Shown here one piece after another: positions 40,188 through 49,674 of a stretch of 64,000 bases of DNA; position 1 is the first letter of the stretch, and each line of letters starts with the position of its first letter. A program made the position numbers and the translations under genes. The notes beneath the pieces were generated by a model that did no database searches, was not told where the DNA came from, and was given only the letters and a program-made list of their open reading frames with translations. This DNA comes from Promethearchaeota archaeon (lineage in GTDB: Archaea; Asgardarchaeota; Lokiarchaeia; Sigyniarchaeales; SOKP01): assembly GCA_048938445.1 (NCBI GenBank), contig JBHLME010000004.1:13976-77975 (forward strand). The letters run 5' to 3'.

Positions 40188-40271
40188 TAAATATATAAGT
40201 TACTTCAAATTATATTCTATTATTAGTTAGTAGAATTTGAATAACTAATAAAGTTGTTAAAAAATAAACTT

Positions 40272-40325
40272 TGACAATTAGATTTATCAAACCAAATGAA
40301 ATTCTTGTTGTCATTTTGTTTAAAT
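40272..40325 (+). promoter_or_regulatory. TGAYAA-N6-TTATCA...TTRTCA-N5-TTTAAAT promoter, copy 1
   Basis: Identical spacing at 45290-45343 and 45882-45935. Confidence 0.7.
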
Positions 40326-40383
40326 CTCTTAAAAAGATTCTTTACATAGGATATTAAATACCATAAAAATAGTTAAAACTGAG

Positions 40384-41010
40384 GTGGAAAGTCGAATGGA
40401 AGTGCTTGAATTAAAGCCGTTGAAAAAAAAAAGAGTTTGCGCATATGTTGCCAAGAAAAAAAAAGATGATTTTAATGATTTTTATCTGGATAAATTAAGA
40501 GATTTTATTATTAGGAAAAAAATTGACTTTATAACAATCGATTTCAATGTGGATATGAAAGAGTTTAATGATTCAGAACTTGCAAAAACATTAAATGAGA
40601 TGAATATTAGATATTTTCAAGTGGACATACCAGAATATGCAATGGGATATATCTATCAAGAAATTGTAGAAAAAACTGAACTACTAAATGATTTATGTGG
40701 AGAATTTGAATCAATGAAAGAAAAAGATACTTTAAAAGGAGAAAGTCTAAAAAATTGGATAGATGTATTGAGAGAAGATATTCAAGAAAAAGAAATATAC
40801 ATTAGTTTGAGATTAAGACCACAATGGATTGTCAAAAAAATGTTAGATATTGCTAAAACCATTAAAACTGAAGAGGTATCTTTACTTCATCTCGTCCAGG
40901 CAGACATATGCGAGGATATTTGTAATCAAGTTACAGAATATTTAAGAGAATTAGACGTGAAAGTTGTTCAATATACTAAAAAACATAATATAATAAATGT
41001 AGAATTTTAA
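40384..41010 (+). CDS. hypothetical protein, local paralog family member 1
   Basis: VLELKPLKKK N-terminus shared with 41032; YFQVDIP plus coiled coil with L..W motif shared with 41032, 45401 and 45995; likely start is the ATG at 40396. Confidence 0.8.
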   Translation: MESRMEVLELKPLKKKRVCAYVAKKKKDDFNDFYLDKLRDFIIRKKIDFITIDFNVDMKEFNDSELAKTLNEMNIRYFQVDIPEYAMGYIYQEIVEKTELLNDLCGEFESMKEKDTLKGESLKNWIDVLREDIQEKEIYISLRLRPQWIVKKMLDIAKTIKTEEVSLLHLVQADICEDICNQVTEYLRELDVKVVQYTKKHNIINVEF

Positions 41011-41031
41011 AAAAAAGAGGTTGAAAAAAAA

Positions 41032-41763
41032 ATGCCAAAAGTATTAGAATTAAAACCATTGAAGAAAAAACACCTAAAACTGATTATGGTTGAAAGCGAA
41101 TTTCCGGTTGAGTGGTGGTTTGAGGCTCCAAAAAGAGCAAAAGAAGATTTAGTCTGGAATTTACATTTAATATCTAAGGAATATCTTCAAGTTATTGAAG
41201 AATTAATTAATAAATATAAACCAGACTTCGGAACGGAAGAAAAACCAGCGAATTGGGATGATTCACCAAATCAAATAGATCCATTAGAGGAACTATTCAA
41301 ACTAAAAAATATTTCCTTCCAACATGTAGATATTGATGATAACGCTAGAGATTATTTATCATCTGCATTGGATGAACATAGATCTACTATAAAAAAATTA
41401 GAAAACAGAATTCGAGAAATAATGGAAAAAAATGGAGTTATTCCTGAAAATGATGAATTATTTCAAAGATTAGTTCTGTGGAAAGAATATTTAGAACAAG
41501 ATTATGAACAACAAGAAGATGAAGTTCGCTATAATATTAGAGAAGCTTGGATGATGATGAATATCATAAATCTTGCAAAAAATATTGATGGAACAAAACT
41601 CAAAGGATTATTCATATGTGATCTACGACATTTCAATGGAATTGAAAAACTCGCAAGTGAATTAAATATAGACATTGAGAAAATAAAAATTAAGAGATCT
41701 ATTAAAACTGAGGATGTTGAAGAGGAGCTAGAAAAAAATGTCGAAATTGAAGTTAAAGAATAA
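41032..41763 (+). CDS. hypothetical protein, local paralog family member 2 (possible TraB/ChaN-like fold)
   Basis: KYKPDFGTEE, FQHVDID, IREAWMMMNII, LFICDLRHFNGI; GAGGTTGA SD. Confidence 0.8.
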   Translation: MPKVLELKPLKKKHLKLIMVESEFPVEWWFEAPKRAKEDLVWNLHLISKEYLQVIEELINKYKPDFGTEEKPANWDDSPNQIDPLEELFKLKNISFQHVDIDDNARDYLSSALDEHRSTIKKLENRIREIMEKNGVIPENDELFQRLVLWKEYLEQDYEQQEDEVRYNIREAWMMMNIINLAKNIDGTKLKGLFICDLRHFNGIEKLASELNIDIEKIKIKRSIKTEDVEEELEKNVEIEVKE

Positions 41764-41777
41764 TTAATTTAGAGAAT

Positions 41778-42794
41778 ATGAGGAGGAAAATAAAAATGCA
41801 AAAAGAAGATCTGGAAAAAAAAGTACATTCTATTCTTGGAAGAAAATCTATTATTGAATTAACTCCAATAGTTATAAAAAAAAAAGAAACATCCGATAAA
41901 ATCTGTTACTTCTTTGATACTGATGAAAATGCTTCTCCTTTTGACATTAATATGGCCTATGATGCTGGTTTTGATATTGTGGTTCCAATTAGTAGGATGA
42001 CTGCTGATCAAGTTCCCAAACTCGTTCAAGATGCAATTTTTTCTAGGAAACCAAATGCTCCCACAACATTTTTTATAGGGGGGTCCAATGTTAAAGAAGG
42101 TGAAAAAATAGCCAAAAAAGTCTTAAAGTCTTTAGTACCACCCTTTGAATGCCCTGTTATTATCGATCCAAGAGGTTCACACACAACAGCTTCAGCAGTC
42201 GTCGCAATGACAATTGATGTTGCTCTAAAATTTCATAATATTAAAGATTTAAAAGGCAAAAAAATAGTAGTATTTGGAGCGGGGCCTGTTGGAAGGATTG
42301 CAGCTATTTTGGGAGCAAAAATTGGAGCTGATACGTGCATTGTGGAAACTTGGGATAAATCAAGCCAAGATTTTATCACGAATTTAGCAAATGAATTGAA
42401 AGAAGAAGCAGGTAAGGGTGCAACTGCTATTAAGGGAATATTTGCCCCAAATCTCGAAGATCGAGAGAATTTAGCTATTGATGCTGATATTATATGGTCT
42501 TTAGCAGCAGCAGGAATTGAAATTTTGTCAGAAAATTTAATGAAAAAATTGCGCGGAAAGAAAATTGTGGTAGATATAAATCTTGTCCCACCTTATGGCA
42601 TAGAAGGCATTAAGCCAAAACATTATAACGAAGAACTTTATCCTGGGATGTTTTGTATCGGTGCATTAGCGTTAGGTAGATTGAAATCTAATTCTGAGAG
42701 TGAAATTTTAAAAGAAGCCGCTAATACCAAGGGATCAAAAGTATTTGACTATAATTATGCATTTGAAGTTGCTAAAAAGCTTTTAAATAAATAA
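41778..42794 (+). CDS. NAD(P)-dependent methylene-H4MPT dehydrogenase-like protein (MtdA/MtdB family)
   Basis: SPFDINMAYDAGFD, VQDAIFSR, DPRGSHTTASA, GAGPVG, DINLVPPYGIEG, IGALALGRLK. Confidence 0.85.
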   Translation: MRRKIKMQKEDLEKKVHSILGRKSIIELTPIVIKKKETSDKICYFFDTDENASPFDINMAYDAGFDIVVPISRMTADQVPKLVQDAIFSRKPNAPTTFFIGGSNVKEGEKIAKKVLKSLVPPFECPVIIDPRGSHTTASAVVAMTIDVALKFHNIKDLKGKKIVVFGAGPVGRIAAILGAKIGADTCIVETWDKSSQDFITNLANELKEEAGKGATAIKGIFAPNLEDRENLAIDADIIWSLAAAGIEILSENLMKKLRGKKIVVDINLVPPYGIEGIKPKHYNEELYPGMFCIGALALGRLKSNSESEILKEAANTKGSKVFDYNYAFEVAKKLLNK

Positions 42795-42811
42795 ATTTAA
42801 TTTTTTTTCTC

Positions 42812-42836
42812 TGGGATCGTGATTCTTACGATCCCA
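42812..42836. other. short stable hairpin between the mtd-like gene and cdc48
   Basis: TGGGATCGT (42812-42820) / ACGATCCCA (42828-42836), perfect 9-bp stem preceded by a T tract. Confidence 0.5.
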
Positions 42837-42868
42837 TATTTCTGAAATAAAAAAAGGGAGGTTTAAAA

Positions 42869-45157
42869 ATGGTCGAATTTTCGAGGGCTCCTAAATTTTT
42901 GAAAAAAGTTAGAATTAAAGATGCTTTTAAAGAAGATGCTGGGAGAGGGATAGTCAGAATAGATCCTGAAATTATCAAGGAATTAAATTTTAAGTCTGGA
43001 GATGTTATTGAAATTATTCATCCCATCGTAAACAAAAAAACAGCAGCAGTTTTAATGACAGGTAAAAGTGAAGATGCCAATACGAATATCATCCGAATTG
43101 ATCCTTCATTAAGAAGAAATTTAAATGCATCTATTGATGATTACGTGGAAATTAGAAAGATTGAAGCCATTTTAGCAGATAATCTAATTCTTTCAGGATT
43201 AGATCAATCATATATCATTAGAGATATACAACAATTGACTAGGATCTTAGACAGTCGTGTAGTTACCAAAGGTGATAGTCTCAGTTTTTATGCAATGGGA
43301 CGTAGAATCGATTTGGTAATACTTGATTATTTACCAAAAGCTGATGCTGTGAAAATACATTTAGGAACAAAAATTAAGCTCTCTGAGAATATAACTAAAG
43401 AACTTATAAAACAAGAACCATCTAGAGTAAAAAGAATAAAATATGAAGCAATAAGTGAATTAGAAGAGGAAATGGAAAAGCTTCGAGGACGAATAACTTA
43501 TGAAGATATCGGTGGATTAGAAAACATTATTCAAAGAGTTAGAGAAATAATTGAATTACCTATAAGACATCCAGAATTATTTAAAAAAATTGGTATTGAT
43601 CCTCCTAAAGGTGTTTTATTGCATGGCCCGCCTGGTACGGGTAAGACACTGCTTGCTCGAGCTATAGCATTTGAGACAGATGCTCAATTTATTTCTATTA
43701 GCGGTCCAGAAATCATGAGTAAATTTTTTGGTCAGAGCGAAGAAAATTTGAGAAATATTTTTGAAGAAGCAAAAAAAAAGGCACCTACAATAATATTTCT
43801 TGATGAATTGGATTCAATTGCACCTCAACGAGATGAAGGTAAAGGACAAGTAGAATCTAGAGTTGTTGCTCAATTACTTTCATTGATGGACGGATTAGAA
43901 AATAGAGGTGAAATAATTGTAATTGGAGCAACTAATAAAATTAATAATATAGACATTGCTTTGAGAAGACCCGGGAGATTTGACAGAGAAATAGAAATCG
44001 GTGCGCCGAATTTAGATGGGAGATATGAAATCTTATTAATTCATACTCGAGGAATGCCTCTATCAAAAGATTTAGACTTAAAATTAATTGCAAATAAAAC
44101 ACATGGATTTGTTGGAGCAGATATTAAAGCATTATGCAAAGAAGCTGCAATGCTAGCGATAAGAGAGATCCTTCCTGATATTAATTTAGAAGATCCTGTT
44201 CCCGAAGAAATATTAAATAAAATTGAAATTAGAATGGATCATTTTATAGAAGCATTAAATAGTATAGAACCTTCTGCTTTAAGAGAAGTTCTAATAATAA
44301 AACCAACAGAAACATGGGATGACATTGGAGGGCTAGATGAGGCTAAACAACAGTTAAGAGAAACTATAGAATGGCCTTTAAAATATCCAGGATTTTATAA
44401 ATATATGAAATCCCAACCTCCAAGTGGAATCTTGCTATATGGTTTACCAGGAACAGGGAAAACTTTATTAGCAAAAGCACTTGCTCATGAAACAGAGGTA
44501 AATTTTATTTCCATCAAAGGTCCTGAATTTTTATCTAAATGGGTTGGTGAAAGTGCTAAAGCTGTGCGAGAAACCTTCAAAAAAGCACGATCTGCTGCCC
44601 CTTGTATCATCTTTTTTGATGAAATCGATGCTATAGCTTCCAGAAGGGCTGAATCATCTAGCTCTCGTGTAGTTGAACAAGTTGTTGCACAACTTCTAAC
44701 AGAGATCGATGGATTAGAGGAATTACATAATGTTGTATTATTAGCTGCAACAAATAGACCTGATATGCTAGATCCTGCTCTATTGCGTTCAGGAAGATTT
44801 GGGCGCCATATTGAAGTTCCATTGCCAAATCAAGTCTCAAGACAAAAAATATTTAAAATTCATTTAAAAGAAAAACCCCTATCTGATGAAATTGATATTA
44901 ATAAACTAGCTGAAAAACTCGACGGATATACGGGTGCTGATATTAAAGGAGTGTGTGAAGAGGCTACCATATTAGCTATTCGCCGGGGAATTTATGAACA
45001 ATCAGTAGATGAGATCAATCCAAAATCTTATGATAGTGTTAAGATTACTATGAGCGATTTTGATAAATCAATTGAAAAGATCTCCAAAACAGCAGAAAGA
45101 GCGAAAAAGTCCTATCAAGAAAATTTAAAAGAACCTCTTGAAAATTTGTATGGATGA
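42869..45157 (+). CDS. cdc48: Cdc48/p97/VAT AAA+ ATPase
   Basis: N domain [10 protein letters not shown], two Walker A motifs ([16 protein letters not shown]), [12 protein letters not shown]-terminal LYG HbYX motif. Confidence 0.96.
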   Translation: MVEFSRAPKFLKKVRIKDAFKEDAGRGIVRIDPEIIKELNFKSGDVIEIIHPIVNKKTAAVLMTGKSEDANTNIIRIDPSLRRNLNASIDDYVEIRKIEAILADNLILSGLDQSYIIRDIQQLTRILDSRVVTKGDSLSFYAMGRRIDLVILDYLPKADAVKIHLGTKIKLSENITKELIKQEPSRVKRIKYEAISELEEEMEKLRGRITYEDIGGLENIIQRVREIIELPIRHPELFKKIGIDPPKGVLLHGPPGTGKTLLARAIAFETDAQFISISGPEIMSKFFGQSEENLRNIFEEAKKKAPTIIFLDELDSIAPQRDEGKGQVESRVVAQLLSLMDGLENRGEIIVIGATNKINNIDIALRRPGRFDREIEIGAPNLDGRYEILLIHTRGMPLSKDLDLKLIANKTHGFVGADIKALCKEAAMLAIREILPDINLEDPVPEEILNKIEIRMDHFIEALNSIEPSALREVLIIKPTETWDDIGGLDEAKQQLRETIEWPLKYPGFYKYMKSQPPSGILLYGLPGTGKTLLAKALAHETEVNFISIKGPEFLSKWVGESAKAVRETFKKARSAAPCIIFFDEIDAIASRRAESSSSRVVEQVVAQLLTEIDGLEELHNVVLLAATNRPDMLDPALLRSGRFGRHIEVPLPNQVSRQKIFKIHLKEKPLSDEIDINKLAEKLDGYTGADIKGVCEEATILAIRRGIYEQSVDEINPKSYDSVKITMSDFDKSIEKISKTAERAKKSYQENLKEPLENLYG

Positions 45158-45289
45158 TTTTTAAACCTCCACCCCTTTTTTATTAATAATAAAATGCATT
45201 TAGATAAGATATTGAAAATAATTTAACTTTTAAAACGTTAATTGACTCCGTAAATTTAAAAGACTATTTTTTTTATTAAAATGGAATTT

Positions 45290-45343
45290 AGATAATTAAA
45301 ATTATCAAATTGATAAAAATTTTTCTTATCAAACTATTTAAAT
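45290..45343 (+). promoter_or_regulatory. TGAYAA-N6-TTATCA...TTRTCA-N5-TTTAAAT promoter, copy 2
   Basis: AGATAA-TTAAAA-TTATCA, TTATCA at +36, TTTAAAT at +47. Confidence 0.6.
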
Positions 45344-45400
45344 TTAGATCTTCTGATTATTTAATTAGAATAAAATAAATTGATATAAAAAATAAAAAAG

Positions 45401-45667
45401 GTGAATAAATATATGGAGACCATAACAAGAGTGGAAATGGATCAACTTATTGGTGGAAGGGTAAATAATTCTGATGCAGAATTTCGCTCTGAATTTCTGA
45501 AGGGATATTTATGGGCTGAAATTGACAAACAAGAGCAATTTATAGAAAAACTCAGCCAAGAACTTAAATCTATGAAAAATAGAGACTCTTTTGATGCCCA
45601 ATACCTTGAGACATGGATTGAGTCCTTAAAAATTGATCTTGAAAAAGAAAAACAATTATTAAAATAA
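45401..45667 (+). CDS. small coiled-coil protein, local paralog family member 3
   Basis: KGYLWAEIDKQEQFIEKL..ELKSMKNRDSFDAQYLETWIESLK aligns with MGYIYQEIVEKTELLNDL..EFESMKEKDTLKGESLKNWIDVLR of 40384. Confidence 0.75.
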   Translation: MNKYMETITRVEMDQLIGGRVNNSDAEFRSEFLKGYLWAEIDKQEQFIEKLSQELKSMKNRDSFDAQYLETWIESLKIDLEKEKQLLK

Positions 45668-45881
45668 TTTTTTTTCCTGCTTTTTTTCCAAAAATTAATA
45701 TAATGAAAAAGGATTTGGTATAGATTCTAAATTAAAACTTTTACTTTAATTTGCATATTAATTTACATATAATTAACAAAGAATGAGATTAAAATAGATA
45801 ATAAATAATGATATAAAATTTAAAAATTATCTAATTTGTTTTTGGTATTTATTCTGATTATCCTAGTTTATTATAAAAAAA

Positions 45882-45935
45882 TGACAATAAAAATTATCAA
45901 AATTATGAAAAGGAAAATTGTCATTTTGTTTAAAT
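45882..45935 (+). promoter_or_regulatory. TGAYAA-N6-TTATCA...TTRTCA-N5-TTTAAAT promoter, copy 3
   Basis: TGACAA-TAAAAA-TTATCA, then TTGTCATTTTGTTTAAAT identical to 40308-40325. Confidence 0.7.
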
Positions 45936-45994
45936 TTTGATTTCAATTACATAAAATATTAAAGATTTTAGCTATAAAAGAGGTGTAATTTAAT

Positions 45995-46585
45995 TTGGTA
46001 GCTATAAATAATCGAGCAAGGTTAAAAAAAAACTTAATAATATATTTAGTCGGATTTGAGAATAATAGCACAAAATTTGAAAATTTAAAAGAAATATTTT
46101 GGTTATTCAAGGATAGGTTGGTTAATTACGCAACATTCTATATTGCTGATGACAATTCTATATTATGGCAAGATTCTCCTCTTCCAGATTTATTAAAATC
46201 ATATAATATTCCTTATTTTGAAATAGAAATTCCTAAACAAACAAAAATGTTTTTTGATGATAAAGTTCAAACAATTAAAAAATATATGACTAAGGATTTG
46301 CACGAATATAATCTTTTAGTTGATAAAAATTGTGCTAGAGGTCGTTATTTAAAATTTTGGAAGGAATTATATGAAAATGAACTCAAAGAAATTAAACGGT
46401 TTTTTGAATATAAAATTATACCAGTTTACATAGCAGAATCTATATTAGAAAAACTTGAAGGAATGTTAGATGAAGATTTATTGTTGTTGCATTTTGGTGA
46501 GATAAGTACTTTTGGAGAAATAATGAAAGTAGTAAAACATGTTAATTCAAAAATTGATATCTCCTATATACACTATATGAGCTAG
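45995..46585 (+). CDS. hypothetical protein, local paralog family member 4
   Basis: IPYFEIEIP, RYLKFWKE and LLLLHF motifs parallel 40384/41032; GAGGTG SD before a TTG start. Confidence 0.75.
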   Translation: MVAINNRARLKKNLIIYLVGFENNSTKFENLKEIFWLFKDRLVNYATFYIADDNSILWQDSPLPDLLKSYNIPYFEIEIPKQTKMFFDDKVQTIKKYMTKDLHEYNLLVDKNCARGRYLKFWKELYENELKEIKRFFEYKIIPVYIAESILEKLEGMLDEDLLLLHFGEISTFGEIMKVVKHVNSKIDISYIHYMS

Positions 46586-46736
46586 TATATCAAGTTGGAT
46601 TTGTAGAATCATATAATATTTTTAAAAATTAAAGAAAGGAAAGTAGATTTGGATATAAGTTCGAAATTAATCATAAACAATTAAAAAATGGAGGAAAAAA
46701 ACTAAAATAAAAACAAATAAAGGTAATGCAAAGATT

Positions 46737-48677
46737 ATGGATACAAAGGATAAAAGTCGAATTTTCGTAGCTATCTGTCAATGAGGATTAAATATCACGG
46801 AAGTAATTGAATGTAAGACTTTAGCAGATTATACAAAAAATCTTCCTAATATTGTAGGCAGTGGGAGTTATATCAGTCTCTGTACTGCTTCGGGATCATC
46901 ATTTATTCAGCAAAATATTGAGTCCACTAAAGCCAATCGATTGATTATTGTTGCTTGAACGCCAAAGACACATGAGCCTGTTTTTAAAACAATATTAAAA
47001 AATATTGGAATTGATTCATCTTATTTAGAATTTGTAAATATAAGGGAACATTCCTCATTTGTCCATAGAAACGATAAGAATGGTGCATTGAATGTAGCAA
47101 AAGATCTTATTAGAGGAGCAATTGCTAGAGCCGCAAATTTAGAGAAAATTGCTATTAAAAAAATCGATTTAACTAAAAAAATATTAATAATAGGTGCTGG
47201 AGTAGCCGGATTATCAGCAGCAATAGATTTAGCGAATTTAGGTTTTGATGTGAATATCGTTGAAAAAAGACCTAGCATTGGGGGTCTTATGGCTAAACTT
47301 GATAGAACCTTTCCTACGGATGATTGTAGTATTTGAATATTAGGGCCGATTATGTTAAAAGTAGCGAATATTCCTAACATTCAATTGTTTACATATACAG
47401 ATATTGAAGATATTTCAGGTCATATTGGAAATTTTAAAATTCTTATAAAACAAAAAGCAAGATATGTTACTAATGATTGCAATGGATGCGGAGCCTGCGT
47501 AGAAGCGTGTCCTGCATATGGATTTGATGAATTTAATGAAAATCTCAACTCAAGAAGGGCAATATATATTTATTTTGCTCAAGCGGTACCTTTAACAGCT
47601 CAAATAGATATGGAACGTTGTATAAATTGTAAATTATGAATAGATTCTTGTGAATTGAATGCTATTGATTTTAATCAGAAGGATGTATTTACAAATTTAA
47701 ATGTGGGGTCAATAATTGTTACAACCGGTCTCGATGTTCATAAAGGAAGAGAATATGGCAGAGGAAAATATCAAAACATATTAACTCAGCTTGAATTGGA
47801 AAGAATATTGGCTCCAAATGGACCAACTTCTGGACATTTAGTAAGACCTTCTGATGGAAAGCGACCTAAGAAAATATTATTTATAAATTGAGCTGGCTCA
47901 AGAGATCGTAATAGTCATCCCTATTGTAGCGTTGTATGCTGTAATTTATCCGTAAAAAACTCAAAATTAATAAAAACAGAATACCCTGATACAGAAATAG
48001 TTGTAAGTTTTATAGATATGAGATGTGCTGGAAAGGACTATGAAGAATATTATAATAGAGCAAGAGATTGTGGAATAATATTTCTTAGGGGTCATGTTGG
48101 AAAAATAAAAGAAGATCCTACAACAAAAGACCTACTCGTACAAATTGAAGCCTTTAATATGGAACACTACTTGGAAATGAAATTTGAACTTATTGTGTTG
48201 TCTTCAGCGTCAATTCCTTCAAAATATGCAAAAAAAATAAAAAAAATCTTAGCTTTGGAAACAAGCAGAGATGGATTTTTTAAAGAAGTTCATTCACGTT
48301 TAAATTTAATCGATACTAAAATTCCAGGAATTTGCATTGCAGGAGCTGCACAAGGCCCAAAGTCAATACCAGAAGCGATAATTCAGGGAAGAGCTGCAGC
48401 ATCTTCTTTGTCGGGTATTATGAATAAGGATAAATATGAAATACTTCTCATTCGAGGATATATAGATAATCATTTATGCTCGAAATGTGGATTATGTCAA
48501 TTAAATTGTCCTTACAATGCAATTACAATAAATAATAATCATGCTGAAGTCAATGAGATTACTTGTAAGGGATGTGGAACTTGTTTAGCAAATTGTCCAT
48601 CCGAAGCGATAACACTAAAATATTATAGAGAAGCTCAATATGAAGAACAAATTGATGCTATACTATTTGAATCGTAG
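46737..48677 (+). CDS. hdrA: heterodisulfide reductase subunit A, selenoprotein with five in-frame TGA (Sec) codons, 646 aa
   Basis: Single frame from ATG 46737 to TAG 48677; TGA at 46782, 46956, 47334, 47637 and 47889 in contexts ICQ*G, VA*TPKTHE, TDDCSI*ILGP, CINCKL*IDSC and FIN*AGSRD, all conserved HdrA Cys positions. Confidence 0.92.
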
Positions 48678-48722
48678 AATTGAATTAAAAATTAACAGTG
48701 TCTAAATTTAACAATATTAGCT

Positions 48723-48806
48723 AATAATAAAGCCCGTAAGAAGGATTCCTATGAAGAAATGCTAGTCATATGAGGACTCACCCTGCAAGGGAGCGGGTTT
48801 TTTATT
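48723..48806 (+). ncRNA. structured 3' UTR, candidate SECIS element
   Basis: GC-rich island closed by AATAATAAAGCCCG / CGGGTTTTTTATT; inner TCCT-ATGA...TGA-GGA and CCCT-GCA-AGGG hairpins; begins 45 nt after the hdrA stop. Confidence 0.55.
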
Positions 48807-48844
48807 AAATTTTTATATATAATATCCTGTCAGGTGTTAATGAA

Positions 48845-49351
48845 ATGGTTGCAATTAATTATAAATTTCGGAATCAGATTCTTGAAAATGTTAATGGTTC
48901 AACATTGGCTTGTTGTTATCAATGTGCAACTTGTTCAGGAATTTGTCCTGTAGCACAAGTCACAAAAGGCAAATATAATCCTAGGAGATTAATACTTGAT
49001 GCACTTTTGGGTTTGAGACACATGATATTCGGTTTAGATAAAAATTTTAATATTTGGGGTTGTACTGTCTGTGATACATGTGATGAGGTTTGTCCTCAAA
49101 ATGTTAAACTCACTGAAATCTTTACCATTTTAAAAAATATAAGTGTCGAAAAGGGTGAAGCACCCGATTATTATTACATTCAAGCATCAAATATACTCGA
49201 GACTGCAAAAGCAATTCCAAGTCAACCCGCTATCCAAAGAAGACGAAATCAATTAGGATTGCCTAAAATAATGGAGCCTGATGTTGCTGAAATAAAAAAA
49301 CTCTTAAAAGCCACAAACCTTTCAATGAAACTTCGAAAAATTAGAGAATAA
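48845..49351 (+). CDS. hdrC: heterodisulfide reductase subunit C
   Basis: CYQCATCSGICP, YNPRR, WGCTVCDTCDEVCP. Confidence 0.92.
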   Translation: MVAINYKFRNQILENVNGSTLACCYQCATCSGICPVAQVTKGKYNPRRLILDALLGLRHMIFGLDKNFNIWGCTVCDTCDEVCPQNVKLTEIFTILKNISVEKGEAPDYYYIQASNILETAKAIPSQPAIQRRRNQLGLPKIMEPDVAEIKKLLKATNLSMKLRKIRE

Positions 49352-49674
49352 TTGTTTTTTAAGAGTTGTATTTAATTTTTCACTCAACGATTTTTCTATA
49401 TAATATCTAAAAAGAAATTATAAATATTTTCTTATATATTAAGTGAAAATACCTATACGAATACTCCAGTCAAACTCATCCTTTTTTATAACACCAATGA
49501 TAAATTTAATAATCATATTTTTTAAATTTATTAATATTTATCAAGAGAATAAAATTTCATTTCCTTTTCAAATTATTTAATCACATATACTTTCTAGGTT
49601 TTTGATTTCTATTTTTTACTCTAAATAATCTATTAGTTTAAAAAAAAAAGAAATAATAATTTCATATCATTAAA

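Noticed and set aside
46737-48677. hdrA as a pseudogene or as four separate small genes
   Set aside because: All five stops are TGA at Cys-ligand positions, with no frameshift, TAA or TAG, and the motifs downstream are intact
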